Shown piece by piece: positions 52,164 to 63,956 of a stretch of 64,000 nt of DNA. Source of the stretch: Octopus bimaculoides (lineage: Eukaryota); the NCBI RefSeq assembly GCF_001194135.2, contig NC_068983.1:137250945-137314944 (forward strand). Direction: 5' to 3'. The position numbers and the translations under genes are program-made. The notes under the pieces were generated by a model. That model saw only the letters and a list, made by a program, of their open reading frames with translations. It was not told the origin of the DNA and made no database searches. Within the stretch, counting starts at the first letter, position 1. The number at the start of each line of letters is the position of its first letter.

Positions 52164-53429
52164 GTAAGTATATTCACGTGTGTATGTGAAAGCGTTTGTT
52201 TACATGTGTTTAGAGAATGAATCTCGTCAACTGAATAACTCGATTTAAATCTGGCGGCCCATAATTCATCAATTACTTTTTTTCTCGACACCGATTTCGT
52301 GGACATAAATTCTGTTTCAAAAGATTTTGAAAAATATTACGAAGAAATTATTGTTCGCGCATCTCCGTATTGTAACTTGTGACAGTTATTTTTGTCAAGT
52401 ATTGATAGACTGCTCTCGATTAAAAGTACACGTAAAAACGATCTTACTGCTGACTGTCTGCTAATAGCGGGAACGGTGTAGGATACGGAAGTTGCTTTCA
52501 AATATTCTAATTAGTAGTTGACAATAAGCAGTGAATAGTTCTTTTCATGCATTTTAACCTAGAACACTTGCGCTATCGACATTCATTATTCTATTACATT
52601 AATTGTGCGATATAGGTACCTTAAAAAGAAGAAAGATGTGAAAAATAAAAAGAAACTGATAACATGCTACTAGTCACTGGGAATAAATCGAACTGTTATG
52701 AAAACTGCGCTTATTTCGATATTAACACCTTAAGGGCCGGCGAAAAAAGTAACTGAAAGTAGTTGTTCAGTCCCAAGTCGTCTTTGATTGAATAGGTCTG
52801 TAACCAATATTTTTCCACTCGCCACCACCGTATCTTTTTATGAGTATGTAAGCTAAGCTATGCAATCTAATACGTTTTCTTTGTTAAGACTGTAGGATGA
52901 TTTAAGAGAGATTTGGTTGTTATTCCTAGCAGTTCGGGCAACTGCAGAGAGCCCCTCGCGCTAACAAAACTCAGGACAATCGAACGAGTACAGGATTAAA
53001 TCAAGAGCTCCTCAAGTTTGACATGTTTGGTATGATAGTAAACAAAGACCCGACGAGAAAGTTTTTATGGTTACTAGACTAGCTAGGAGGCGCAACCACA
53101 TCCCCCTCATTAAACCCCAATTCTACTATTTTAAACGAAGGACAGATAACATGGTTCTAGATACATTAAATGTGAATAAAATACGGGATGGTCGTAGCTG
53201 GAACGTTTTTGATCATAGATCTGTTCGAATAACAACAAAGACGTGGAAAAAGTTTAGACAGTTTTACTTCTCAAAGATTCGCTGCATGAATTGACTATTT
53301 ATCCATGTGCGTAATAATATAAATAATAAAAAAATGTATTTAATCTCCCCCTCTCTCTTTCATACACACACACAAATAAATTCTACATATTTTGTCTTCT
53401 ATTGGCGGTGCTTTTAAGTTAGACATAGC

Positions 53430-53734
53430 CTGAGCCTAAACTCGCCCAAACCGAAGACACTGGGTGTTTTGGGTCTCATACAACACACATCCTCATCCAG
53501 GCAACCCAACCGAGGTTGATCAAGCCCAGCCCTATATCCAAGCGACCTCCTACTGACCCCACCGATCAGTGACCAGTTGTTCTTGATAGCTCTTCTGTTC
53601 ATTCCTGTAATTATTAAATGCATAGAATTCCATAGGTATCCTTGACTGCCAACCACCACTGGCAAACACCCCAATATTGCGGCAGTCCTCCACTGTGTAC
53701 TTGGTTCTCATCAGTTCTTGCGCCTTCCCCATTC
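53430..53734 (-). mobile_element. HERO/NeSL-like RLE non-LTR retrotransposon 3' fragment
   Basis: Minus: KAQELMRTKY..DCRNIG..LPVVVGSQGY..., then the 3' UTR gcttgatcaacctcggttgggttgcctggatgagg...agacccaaaacacccagtg, resembling HERO 3' UTRs (from memory). Confidence 0.65.
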
Positions 53735-53742
53735 GTCTATAC

Positions 53743-54167
53743 CAGGGGTCAGATGACTGAGAGAATGACGAGAGCGAGCCGCATAACCATTTTCTTTAAT
53801 ACAATACATTGAATACACAACAAATAAAGACAACCAACATGTTTATTTACCAAAAAGTTATCAAAGAAGGTGACGTTAGCAATAAGATAGTTTTATCACA
53901 CCCAGTGCGCACATATCCGAATCTCACAAACTAAGCAGCAAAAAAGGTTAATGAGATTTGTGAAAATGGTGTTTAGCTTTTAAGATATCAATATTTGCTT
54001 TGGAATTGTTGCATCCAACCAAGAGAATTGCTTTCAAATGTTCATCAGTCAACCTCGTTCGATGTGCTGACTTCACATACTTCATTTTTGAAAATGTTTG
54101 CTCACAGGCATAAGTTGTTCCAAACACGGATGAACTGACCTCGCAGGCCGTAGTTTGGTGACCCCTG
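53743..54167 (-). mobile_element. internally deleted hAT (SPIN/Buster-like) element with 8-bp TSD
   Basis: Ends CAGGGGTC / GACCCCTG. TSD GTCTATAC at 53735-53742 and 54168-54175. Minus peptide SVFGTTYACEQTFSKMKYVKSAHRTRLTDEHL. Confidence 0.9.
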
Positions 54168-56229
54168 GTCTATACTGTTGTCTTTACTTCTGTTAAAGAA
54201 TTTGGACAAATTCCGTAGAATAGTCTCAGATTTTTTGGCATTTATTTGATTGATTAAGCGTGAATTTTTAAAACTTGATCTCTACTTGTTCAATATGCTT
54301 TTTTAATAAAAAGAGGGCTTTTCCGATATATCTACAGAAGTGTAGCCCCCCCCCCCACTTTGTTTCCTCATAACTTCCTGAAAAATGGAAATTTCTAATG
54401 AAATTTTCAACAAATACTTTTCAGGTGCTCTAGATTCCGATTATATCGGAATTTGTTGTGAAAATGTTTTTCAGAGAAGATGAGAGGAGTTTTGATAAGT
54501 CAATAATCTTGATTTTGTTTCCTCATAACTTTCAGAAAAATAGGTATATTTTTAGCAAAATTGTCTACAAATACCTATCAGATGGTGTAGGTTATGATTG
54601 TCTGGGAATTTAATTGATGACTGCATACAGATACATTCTGATTCACATCAAGTAATTTTTTCAAGATTTTAAGTTTCATTTCATAGATATGTGGTGTGTG
54701 TATGTATTGCGTGCCCATAAAATTTTTCTTTTGTTCTTTTCTTTTTTTTTTTTGGTCTCAAACTGCCGATACAATCATAATCTATGCCACCTGACAGGTA
54801 CTCGTAGAAAATTTCACAAAAGAATAGGGAATGGGTCAAAATGAAGTGTTTTTTAGACAAAATATATTTTTTTACAAATGTTCACTACCTCACAAAAGCT
54901 ATATCAGTAAAGCAAATGGTCTTCCCTAAATGCACTATAGCATAATCTGATCACTATTTCAGATAATTATTGCCATTCTCTTTGAGCATATATATAAAAG
55001 ACTAATTTGGCTGGGGCAAAATGAGTAGGCCAAGATGATAAATTTGCCACTTCAGTTCTCAAAAAAAAAAAAAACAGACTCATACACATCACTATCCATC
55101 CCTAGACATCAGAAATGCGAAAATTAAATATCTAGGTCAAATGAAAGAAGATCAGGGGGAAATGGCACAAGATACGAAATTAACAAAACTTGACTAAATA
55201 TTAAAAAAAAAAACTCTTCAGAAAATATTATCTATATCTTCTTCACGATCTGCTGGAGTGTCTTTTACCCCGTTTTAGACATCATATTTTGAAACTTGAA
55301 AAAAACCAAACTGGACATTAGTGTGAGGAAAAATTGATTTGGAATCCAACAGAGAAAAGAATATTGATTGTTAAACACCAAAAATTACAGTTAGGTCAAA
55401 GTTGAGGAAATATTTCTTGTAAAAAGAGGACTTGCCACCTGATTATGTTTCAGTCTCTCTCAACTTCAACAACTATGCTGACCAATTTTTACTCCTAAAG
55501 ATGATGCAATATTTGCAATGTAATGATTTCTAATAGGTTAGGAGAAAATAACAAGAAATCAGAAGTTACTCATTTTACCCTGGTGCTAATTTTTTCTAAC
55601 AGTTATGAAGAAACAAAGTCAATGGGAGGAGCACACATGTAGGTGTGTGGGTCTTCCAATTTTTTCTCTTTTTTTTTTTAGTATGACACATTCAAGATAT
55701 CATCATCATTTAACGTCCATTGTACATGCTGGCATGGGTTGGATGGTCTGACTGGGCTGGCATGCTGAAAGGCTGCACCAGGCTCCAGTCTGATTTGGCA
55801 TGGATTTCTATGGCTGAATGCCCTTCCTAATGCCAACCACTCCATGAGTGTAATGGGTGCTTTTACGTACCACCAGCACAGATGTATGTCATCATCATCA
55901 TCGTTTAACATCTGCTTTCCATGCTAGCATGGGTTGGACGATTTGACTGAAGACCGGTAAACCAGGAGGCGACACCAGGCTCCAGTCTGATTTGGCAAAG
56001 TTTCTACAGCTGGATGCCCTTCCTAACACCAACCACTCCGAGAGTGTAGTGGGTGTTTTTATGTGCCACCGGCACGAAGGCCAGTCAGGAGGTACTGGCA
56101 ACGGCCACGCTCGAAATGGTGTATTTTACGTGCCACCTGCACAGAAGCCAGTCCAGCGGTACTGGCAACGAACTCGTGCCAGATATATATATATTTATGT
56201 ATTTATACATATATATCTAAAACGAACTC

Positions 56230-56522
56230 CATCAGTTACGATGATGAGGGTTCCAGTTGATCCAATCAACAGAATAGCCTGCTCATGAAACTGATGTGCA
56301 AGTGGCTGAGCATGCCACAAACATATGTACCCTTGATGTAGTTTTCAGAGAATGTCACAAGGCTGGCCCTTTGAAATAGGGTACTACTCATTTTTGCCAG
56401 CTGAGTGGACTGCAGCAATGTGAAATAGTGTCATGCTCAAGGACACAATCTGTTGCTCGGATTTGAACTCACAACCTTACAATCATGAGCTTAATACCCT
56501 AACCACTAAGCCACATGCCTTC
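56230..56522 (-). mobile_element. tRNA-CORE SINE sharing its 3' module with family C
   Basis: Reverse complement: tggcttagtggttaggg..gagttcaaatcc..gtgtccttgagca..gcagtccactcagctg, then the same 3' tail as 5945-6090. Confidence 0.8.
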
Positions 56523-56554
56523 ACTGTATGTATGTATATATGCATACATACGTA

Positions 56555-57811
56555 GAGGGTGCAGTGAATAAATTGCCGTCTAAATTATGCAAAAATGAAA
56601 ATAACACATCTCATTTTAACAGATATATTTACCAAAACTGCATATCTTGAAATACTAAACAGTAAATTTATTCAATAAAATCGCCATTGGCTTCAACCAC
56701 GGCCTCCAGACGACTTTAGAATTTCCTGCAACTCTTCTAGACAGTCTCTTTGTTTAAGTTGGTGAATGCTGCCATATTCATCTTTAATGTTACAAGGAGT
56801 TTTGTTGGTCTCTCACTCAACTGCATCCCACACATAATAATCAAAGGGGTTGCAGTCTGGGGAGTTAGGTGGCCAGATGTTAGGGGTAATGTGGTCACAG
56901 AAATTATCTGATGGTCATTACTGGGTTCTCCTGCTTGTGTGGCATGGTGCAGAGTCCTGTTGCCAGATATAGGGTCTTCTAGCAGCCACCCCCTTGGCCA
57001 AGGGCAGCACTACCTCCTCCAGGCACTTGATGTAGGCTTCCATGTTGAGTCTGAGGCCGTTTGGGAAGATGAATGGAGGCATAACATCACCAACACTAGT
57101 GATCACTTCAAACACCATGATGTTGACTGGATGTTTGATTTTTATCACTCTTGGTACATGTTTTGGGGACACAGCAAGCCAATGGTTGTTCAGTGTGTGC
57201 ACTATCTGATCCTAGCAGAAATTTTTCTCGTCTGAGAAAAATGAAAGCATGTTCAGTTGGAGGGGATGCTTGAGTTTGTTCAAAAGCTTCTTAGTGCAAT
57301 CGTTCCTTTTGTTCTTGATGGCTTGGGGAAAAAATTGGCCCTTTCTCATCTTGTATGAGGAATATCAACTGTCTTTATGCACTACATGCCTGATAAGAAA
57401 CTCAGACACTCCTGTTTCCCTGCCGATAAACTTGATTGAGATGCAGGAATTGTTGTCAATCTTGGCTTGGATCTCACCAACAAATTTAGTTCTTTTCTTA
57501 TCAGAATGATCCGAGTGAGTTTTCTGAGCTGCCATACCTTCGTAATCACCATTGGGCTCATCCAACTCTTTCCAAATCCTCTTCACTGTTGTCAGAGTGA
57601 CACCCAAACACTCTCAAATGTTCATAGAGCTTCTCGCATGAATGCTAAGCAGTACAGTATGTAGTTTCCAAATTTCTGGCAGAGTGAACTGCATCATGGT
57701 GCTGTTTTTCTCACAGACGGTGCCCAGCTCACCCTACAAAACAGTGTAGTTAAGAAACCAATGCATATGTGCGAAATTAAAAATATAAGATGGCAACAAT
57801 TTACCCATTAC

Positions 57812-57817
<6 letters not shown>
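56555..57817 (-). mobile_element. maT-type Tc1/mariner (DD37D), full length but decayed
   Basis: FSDEK...QQDSAPCH-...-WPPNSPDCNPFDYYVW, with 37 residues counted between the 2nd and 3rd D. Imperfect TIRs flanked by TA. In-frame stops present. Confidence 0.9.
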
Positions 57818-57850
<33 letters not shown>

Positions 57851-58676
57851 CAAATAAAAGGGTAAAGGATTAACAATTTATTAATAAATTAATAATTAAT
57901 AATTTTTACCAAGCACTTTAGCTGTTATTTCTGAACTTCGGTATGTGGTGAAGCAACTGTTGCTGATCCCTTAATTATGTTTATATATGTGTGTATATAT
58001 GTATATATGTATATATATATATATATATATATAGGTGTGATAAGAGGCTTCCTTTACAATCACTTGGTTCCAGGTTCAGCCTTATGAGTGGATTGTAGAA
58101 GTGAGAGTGCAGTTACATAATTTGGAAAGACATCTATGTGCACTGAGTTGGGAACAAATCAATGAAGGCACAAATATTAGGATGCATGTGTAGCTGGATG
58201 TGGGCTCTGCATGCACCAATGTAAGAACACTGATTCACCATCATCATCGTTGTTGTCGTTTAACATCCGCTTTCCATGCTGGCATGGTTGAACGGTTTGA
58301 CTGAGAACTGGCAAGCTCCAATCTGGTTTGGCAAGGTTTCTACTGCTGGATGCCCTTCCTAACGCCAACCACTCCGAGAGTGTAGTGGGTGCTTTTACGT
58401 GCCACCGGCATGGGAGCCAGTCAGGCGGCACTGGCATCGCCCATGCTTGAATGGTGCTTTTATGTGCCAGTCAGGCTGCACTGGCATCAGCCACACTCAA
58501 ATGGTAGCAAAGATTAAGTAATTAGTCTAAAACATGTAGCAAAAACAATGTTTTCTTCAGACAACACTTAAGCAGGAGACAGAAACACATGACCATGCAT
58601 ACACAAACTCATACGCATAGACACTGAAGCATGCACATATGCACACACATGCAACAAGATCTCAAGCAGACAGATG

Positions 58677-58769
58677 CGGCGAAGGTAAAGAATACGTACA
58701 CCCGGTGGTTAGGTTTAGGGTTTTTGTTACGCCGAAAACCGGTTGTGTACGTATTCTTTACCTCCGCCG
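58677..58769. repeat. mini foldback element with telomere-like core
   Basis: cggcgaaggtaaagaatacgtacac..ccggt / accggttgtgtacgtattctttacctccgccg around ggttaggtttagggttt. Confidence 0.9.
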
Positions 58770-59179
58770 ACAAATGCTGCCTCCGTAACAAACTAAGTCA
58801 AAAGTTAATGAAAAAGTTTCAAGTAGCAACGAAGAAACTTTGACAAACGAAAACAAAACAAATGACTTACTGTTTAGCCAAATTAAACAAACAATCAATT
58901 AGTTGGATATTTAACCAACTGACGAATTATAAAGAAGTGGAATTAAACCAGTGTGTGTGTGTTAATAATATTGGCATAAGGACTCTCCCTATATACAGCC
59001 CTTGTATTCTTTCGTTTTATAACGAAATGAAAGTGGAAAATTATCGTAAGCAATCGTCCTTAAAAAATTCAGATTTGTTTTAAACGGGAAAGAGGTTTCA
59101 GGATTTTTTAAGAATTCTTTTTTTAAAAAAATGTTGAAAACAGAATCCGAAGAAATTTTTGATTAAAAAAATGGTGGGG

Positions 59180-59620
59180 AGGGAAAGTGTGCTTTGCCTG
59201 TTCAAAACGCCCGCCTGGTCATTGCCGATTAGTGTCAGTATTTCCACTTTCATTTTCTGATTATAAAACGAAATATCACAGCTATTTGAAATCCCTCCGA
59301 GGTCGAACTTCGCCTTCCTCGTCTCTCAAAATGTATGTGACCTTGTCGCTGTATGAGAAAAAAATATCATTATACTGTTGCCATGACGTCAGTTTAATTC
59401 GTCACAGAACCACAAGAAGGAGGTAGTTCACCATAGTGATATCATAAGTTAGACACTCGAAAATTGTTCATCGGGAATCCCGAAGCCTCGGAAGCGTAAG
59501 TAAAGGGAGATAACTGTATTGTTGCTACGGAATGATTGTTATCACATGGTAACACTCATCAGGTGGCAGCACAGGTTACCAAAACAAAAAGAAGAAAATG
59601 GCAGGCGATTTGTAAAATGT
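59180..59620 (+). promoter_or_regulatory. CpG-retaining candidate promoter / non-coding first exon for the THAP cassette
   Basis: GTTGCCATGACGTCA (X-box half plus CRE, 59377-59391), gttatcacatggtaac (X-box-like), AAAATGGC (59595) and a candidate donor GAAGC|GTAAGT at 59495/59496. Confidence 0.5.
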
Positions 59621-59998
59621 TATCGTTAAACTGAATGAAATTATGAAAAATGTAATAAATGAAGATGATTTCTTACTCAATAAAAACAAGGTAGATCATT
59701 TATTTTTGTCATAGTTTATCCTTAAAAAGCTATTGAAAATTAGTAAAGAAGTTTCTGCTGTTGTCACATTTCTATCAGTTTTCATTAGATGAAAAACTGC
59801 TATTTGTCAGTGACATGTGTTTGTTAGGAAAAGTATGAGGGAGATAGAGAATGAGTAACCTGTTATGCATCGTTACACGTAATGTAGGTTGACTTGAAAC
59901 GAAATGAATTGGTTAGCAACGCCTTTTTATTTTTTATATTTACTTTCACACTAATAGAAAACGGACTACATACACAAAATACTGTTCCTTCGTATTTT

Positions 59999-60088
<90 letters not shown>

Positions 60089-60413
60089 ACTCTTAGGCGC
60101 GCAATCTCATGGTCCCCGCTTTTCTTCTTATACATCCTCATATTCTCTCACACCAACACAATTTCCATCAGACGCCTACACAGACAAATATTATCTCTCA
60201 CTACCTCTCTCATTTATTCACATACATACGTCAATGTTAAATCTGGATGGTATCGCTAGAAAATATCCATGCTGATAGAAAAGTGAAAATGTTCTACGAG
60301 AATTTGATTTTTTTTATTTTCCGGAGAGTAAAATAGCTAATAAAAGTGAACACCCAGTGAATAAATAATAAATGACACAGGCTGGAACTTTGCCTTCTTT
60401 TCTGTTTATGTAG

Positions 60414-60941
60414 GTGGCAATTTTCACTGAAATATTTTTGAAAAAAGATAGTTTTGGATCTATCGTGAAGATAAGCAGATCGATCGAAATAATGCCCCAA
60501 CATTGCGTGGTTAGATTTTGTGATACCATTCAGTCTTCGAGTGCAGGATCCGGTACCAGTTTACATCGCTTTCCGAAGGATCCCGTTTTAAGGTCCAAAT
60601 GGATCAATTTCGTTCAGACTGGGCGTAAAAACTGGGCACCATGTGTTTCATCTGCCATATGTTCTCTTCATTTCACCAGCGATGATTCTCTAGGGGTTTT
60701 AATGAAGAAATTCGGATGCCGCACACGCGTGTTCTTGAAGCCAGGAGCGATACCCACAATACAGTGCCCTAAAATGACATTGCAAACTTTTCAAAATTCA
60801 CCCACCACACAATATGTTTTGAGCACAGAAAAGCCTACAGAGCAATGGCAGGATTTAGTAAGTCGTAAAGCGAAAAACGATAATATAGTCCTGCCCGGCA
60901 GAAATCCATTAGATCCAAAATTATTTGAAGGAAATTCTCTG
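60414..60941 (+). CDS. THAP zinc-finger exon. ATG at 60492, 150 codons, phase-0 donor
   Basis: ccttcttttctgtttatgtag| acceptor. MPQHCVVRFC...LHRFPKDPVLRSKWINFV...ICSLHF...LKPGAIPTI (complete C2CH THAP). Ends CTG|GTAAGT. No transposase or TIR nearby. Confidence 0.9.
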
Positions 60942-61859
60942 GTAAGTGGTTACCGTTGTTAATATTAGCGTTTATATTTAAGACGACAGGCAAGGACTAG
61001 GTTGGCCTGTATTTAATTACGTCATAGAGAGTTCAAATTTGCTGGGATCAACTTTGTCATTAATCCCTTTTGAGTTGTTAGAATATGTGTCGGTTCCAGC
61101 TACTGAGATTTGTTCAATCGAACCTTCTCTTCGCCTACACAAATTAATATTTCATAAGTATTTTGTACTTTCGAAATATTAATTTCGTAACTCAAGACAG
61201 ACAATCGAAATGAGCTGACTAAATATTGGTCTATATACAGTAAAGTTTTCAGATTGATCCCTAAGTTCTGAATTGTTCTGCCAAAATGTTTTATCTTTAT
61301 TTGTCACATTTTGATAAAAATAAGTATCAATATTTCTCTCTCCCATAATAATGGGACCTTCTTCAGAATAAATCAATATATTATAGCTTCTTTAATTTAT
61401 ACGTAAGGGACTGGCTTAGCCTTTTCATCATTCTTATTCTATTGGTCCTAGAAAGTGACCACATACCAGTAATTTCTGTTAAGTATATCTTTCTAATTTG
61501 TGAGTTTTATCAATATAAGAAATCCTTATCCTTAGGATTGGGATATTTTACATCAATATAACAAAAATGATTTATTATATTAATTATTTGAAATGGCAAA
61601 ATCAATAGAGCATTAACAAAATGCATTGTGATATTTGAAATGGCTCTTTACATTCAGGGTTCAAATCCTGCTCAAGTTAACTTGCATTCATTCTTCCAAG
61701 GTAAACAAAAAGAAAAATCAAATACTGAAGTTGATACAGTTGACCATTTCTTCCTTTTCACCAAATTTCTAGCCTTTTAGCAAATGCAAGTAATCATTGC
61801 AGAGCATTAGAAGAAATGTTGTGCAGTATTCCTTTCTGAGTTCATATCCCATCAAAGGT

Positions 61860-63710
61860 AACTTTATCTTTCATCTCTCCAGAACAATCAAATAAAGTAC
61901 CAGTCAAGTACTTAGGGTCAATGTAATTGAGTGACTCCCTCCCCTCAAAAATTGCTGACCTTGTGCCTTAATTAGAAACCATTATTATTGGTAAAAATGG
62001 TTAGAGTGAATGACCCTTCTCTAAGTATGTGCCTGGAGAACAGGAGAGACAGCTCATACCTTTGGTGGTCAGAGTAATCTTGTATCTGTGGGGGTTACTT
62101 GATTGGCCCTAGTTGGAATTTTTCCTGTATCAGGAGGACTCCACTTTTCACACATACCTTGTAAACATTTCACTGTCTTTTCCATTTATTTCTCCTCATC
62201 CTTTATGCAAATCCCCACACAAATTGTTGTCTGTTCTTGTAATGTCTCCCTCATCTATGCTCCTGTGGTTAATAAAAGATATTATTATTAGTAAGGCAGT
62301 GAGCTGCCAGAATTGTTAACACAGACAAAATACTTAGTGGCACTTCACCCCTCTCTACATTCTGAGTTCAAATTCTGCCAAGGTCGACTTTCCTTTTCAT
62401 CCAATCAGGATCAATGAGCACTGGGGTCAATATAATCAACTAGCCTCCTCCCCCAAATTTCAGGCCTTGTGCCAATAGTAGAAACGATTATTATTATTAT
62501 TAATGTGACAGCATCATGACATGCTGAAAAAATGCTTTGCAGCATTTTTACTGGCTCTTTACATCCTCAGTTCAAATCCTGCTACGCTCAACTTTGCCTT
62601 TCTTCCTTTCAGGGTTGTTAAAATAAAATTCAAGTAATGGGGTCAATTAACTTGCCCACTCCTATCAAAATTGCTGGCCTTATGCCAAAATTAGAAAACA
62701 TTTTTGTTTGTATTGTTGTTGCTTTGATTTAGATAAGCTATTCCAAGTCTCATTATTCCAAGTCACATACTTACAATTAAGATACTTGTAAAAGTTTTTT
62801 GTAATATTTTCAGGTCAACTGTTTTTCTTTGGGTGTGAGTTGTAGCCATGAGAACATTACTATTATTGTTATTATTATTATTATTATTATTATTAAGGCG
62901 GTGAGTTGGCAGCATCATTAGCACACTGAACGAAATGCTTTGTGGTATTTCACCCATTGCTCTATTCTGAGTTCAAAATCTACTGAGGTCGACTTTGCTT
63001 TTCATCTTTTCCGAGTGAATAAAATAAGTACCAGTTGAACACTGGGTCAATGTAATCGACTCATCCCCTCCCCCAAACTGCTGCCCTTGTGGCAAAATTT
63101 TAAACCATTATTATTATTATAATTAAGGTTGCAAGCTGGCAGAATCGTTAGCACACTATGAAATGCTTAGTGTTATTTCACCCATCGCTATGTTCTGAGT
63201 TCAAATTCTGCCAAGGTTGACTTTGCCTTTCATCCTTTTCAGGGTTGATGTAATCAACTGGTCCCCTCCCCACAATTTCAGGCCTTGTGCCTATATTAAA
63301 AAAGGTTATTATTATCAATCATTATTAAAGTGGCAAGCTTACAGGATTGTTAGCATGCTGGACGAAATACTACATGGTATTTTGCCTATTGCTCTGTTCT
63401 CAGTTCAAATTCAGCCCAGGTCGACTTTGTCTTTCATCCTTTCAGTGTTGATAAAATAAGTACTTGTTGAACATTAGAGTCGATGTAATCAACTTATCCC
63501 CTACCCCAAAATTGCTGCCCTTGTGGCAAAATTTGAAACCGTTATTATTAAGGTAGTGAGCTGGCAGAATCGTTAGCATGCCAGACAAAACGCTCATTGA
63601 TATTTAGTTCAAATTCCACATTGGGGTCAATGTAATCGACTAGTCCCCTCCTCACAAATTTCAGCCCTTGTGCCTTTAGTAGAAAGGACTGTTATTATTA
63701 TTAATGGTTG
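61860..63710 (+). mobile_element. head-to-tail array of about 8 family-B SINEs separated by (ATT)n
   Basis: Units start at about 62290, 62520, 62895, 63125, 63330 and 63555, each directly after the previous unit's attattatt tail. Confidence 0.9.
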
Positions 63711-63922
63711 CTAATTTAGGCATGTACTCTACTTGTTTCAGTCATTTGACTGTGGCCATGCTGGAGCACTGCCTTTAGTCGAGCAAATCGACCCCAGGAC
63801 TTATTCTTTGTAAGTCGAGTACTTATTCTGTCGGTCTCTTTTGCCAAACCGCTAAGTTACGGGGATGTAAACATACCAGCATTGGTTGTCAAGCGATGTT
63901 AGGGGGACAAACACAAGCATAT

Positions 63923-63956
<34 letters not shown>

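Noticed and set aside
53067-53294. 75-aa ORF as a further cassette
   Set aside because: It has no recognisable domain and no consensus donor.
43255-60941. One linear gene using all four exons in series
   Set aside because: The phase-0 donor of the psq exon cannot join the phase-2 acceptors of the CENP-B or FLYWCH exons in frame.
43255-60962. mod(mdg4)/lola-type model with variable 3' terminal exons
   Set aside because: The best acceptors are in different phases (0, 2, 2, 0) while all donors are consensus and phase 0, and each exon has its own ATG. It is not fully excluded, because a weak phase-2 AG exists at 60478 and stops follow each donor closely.
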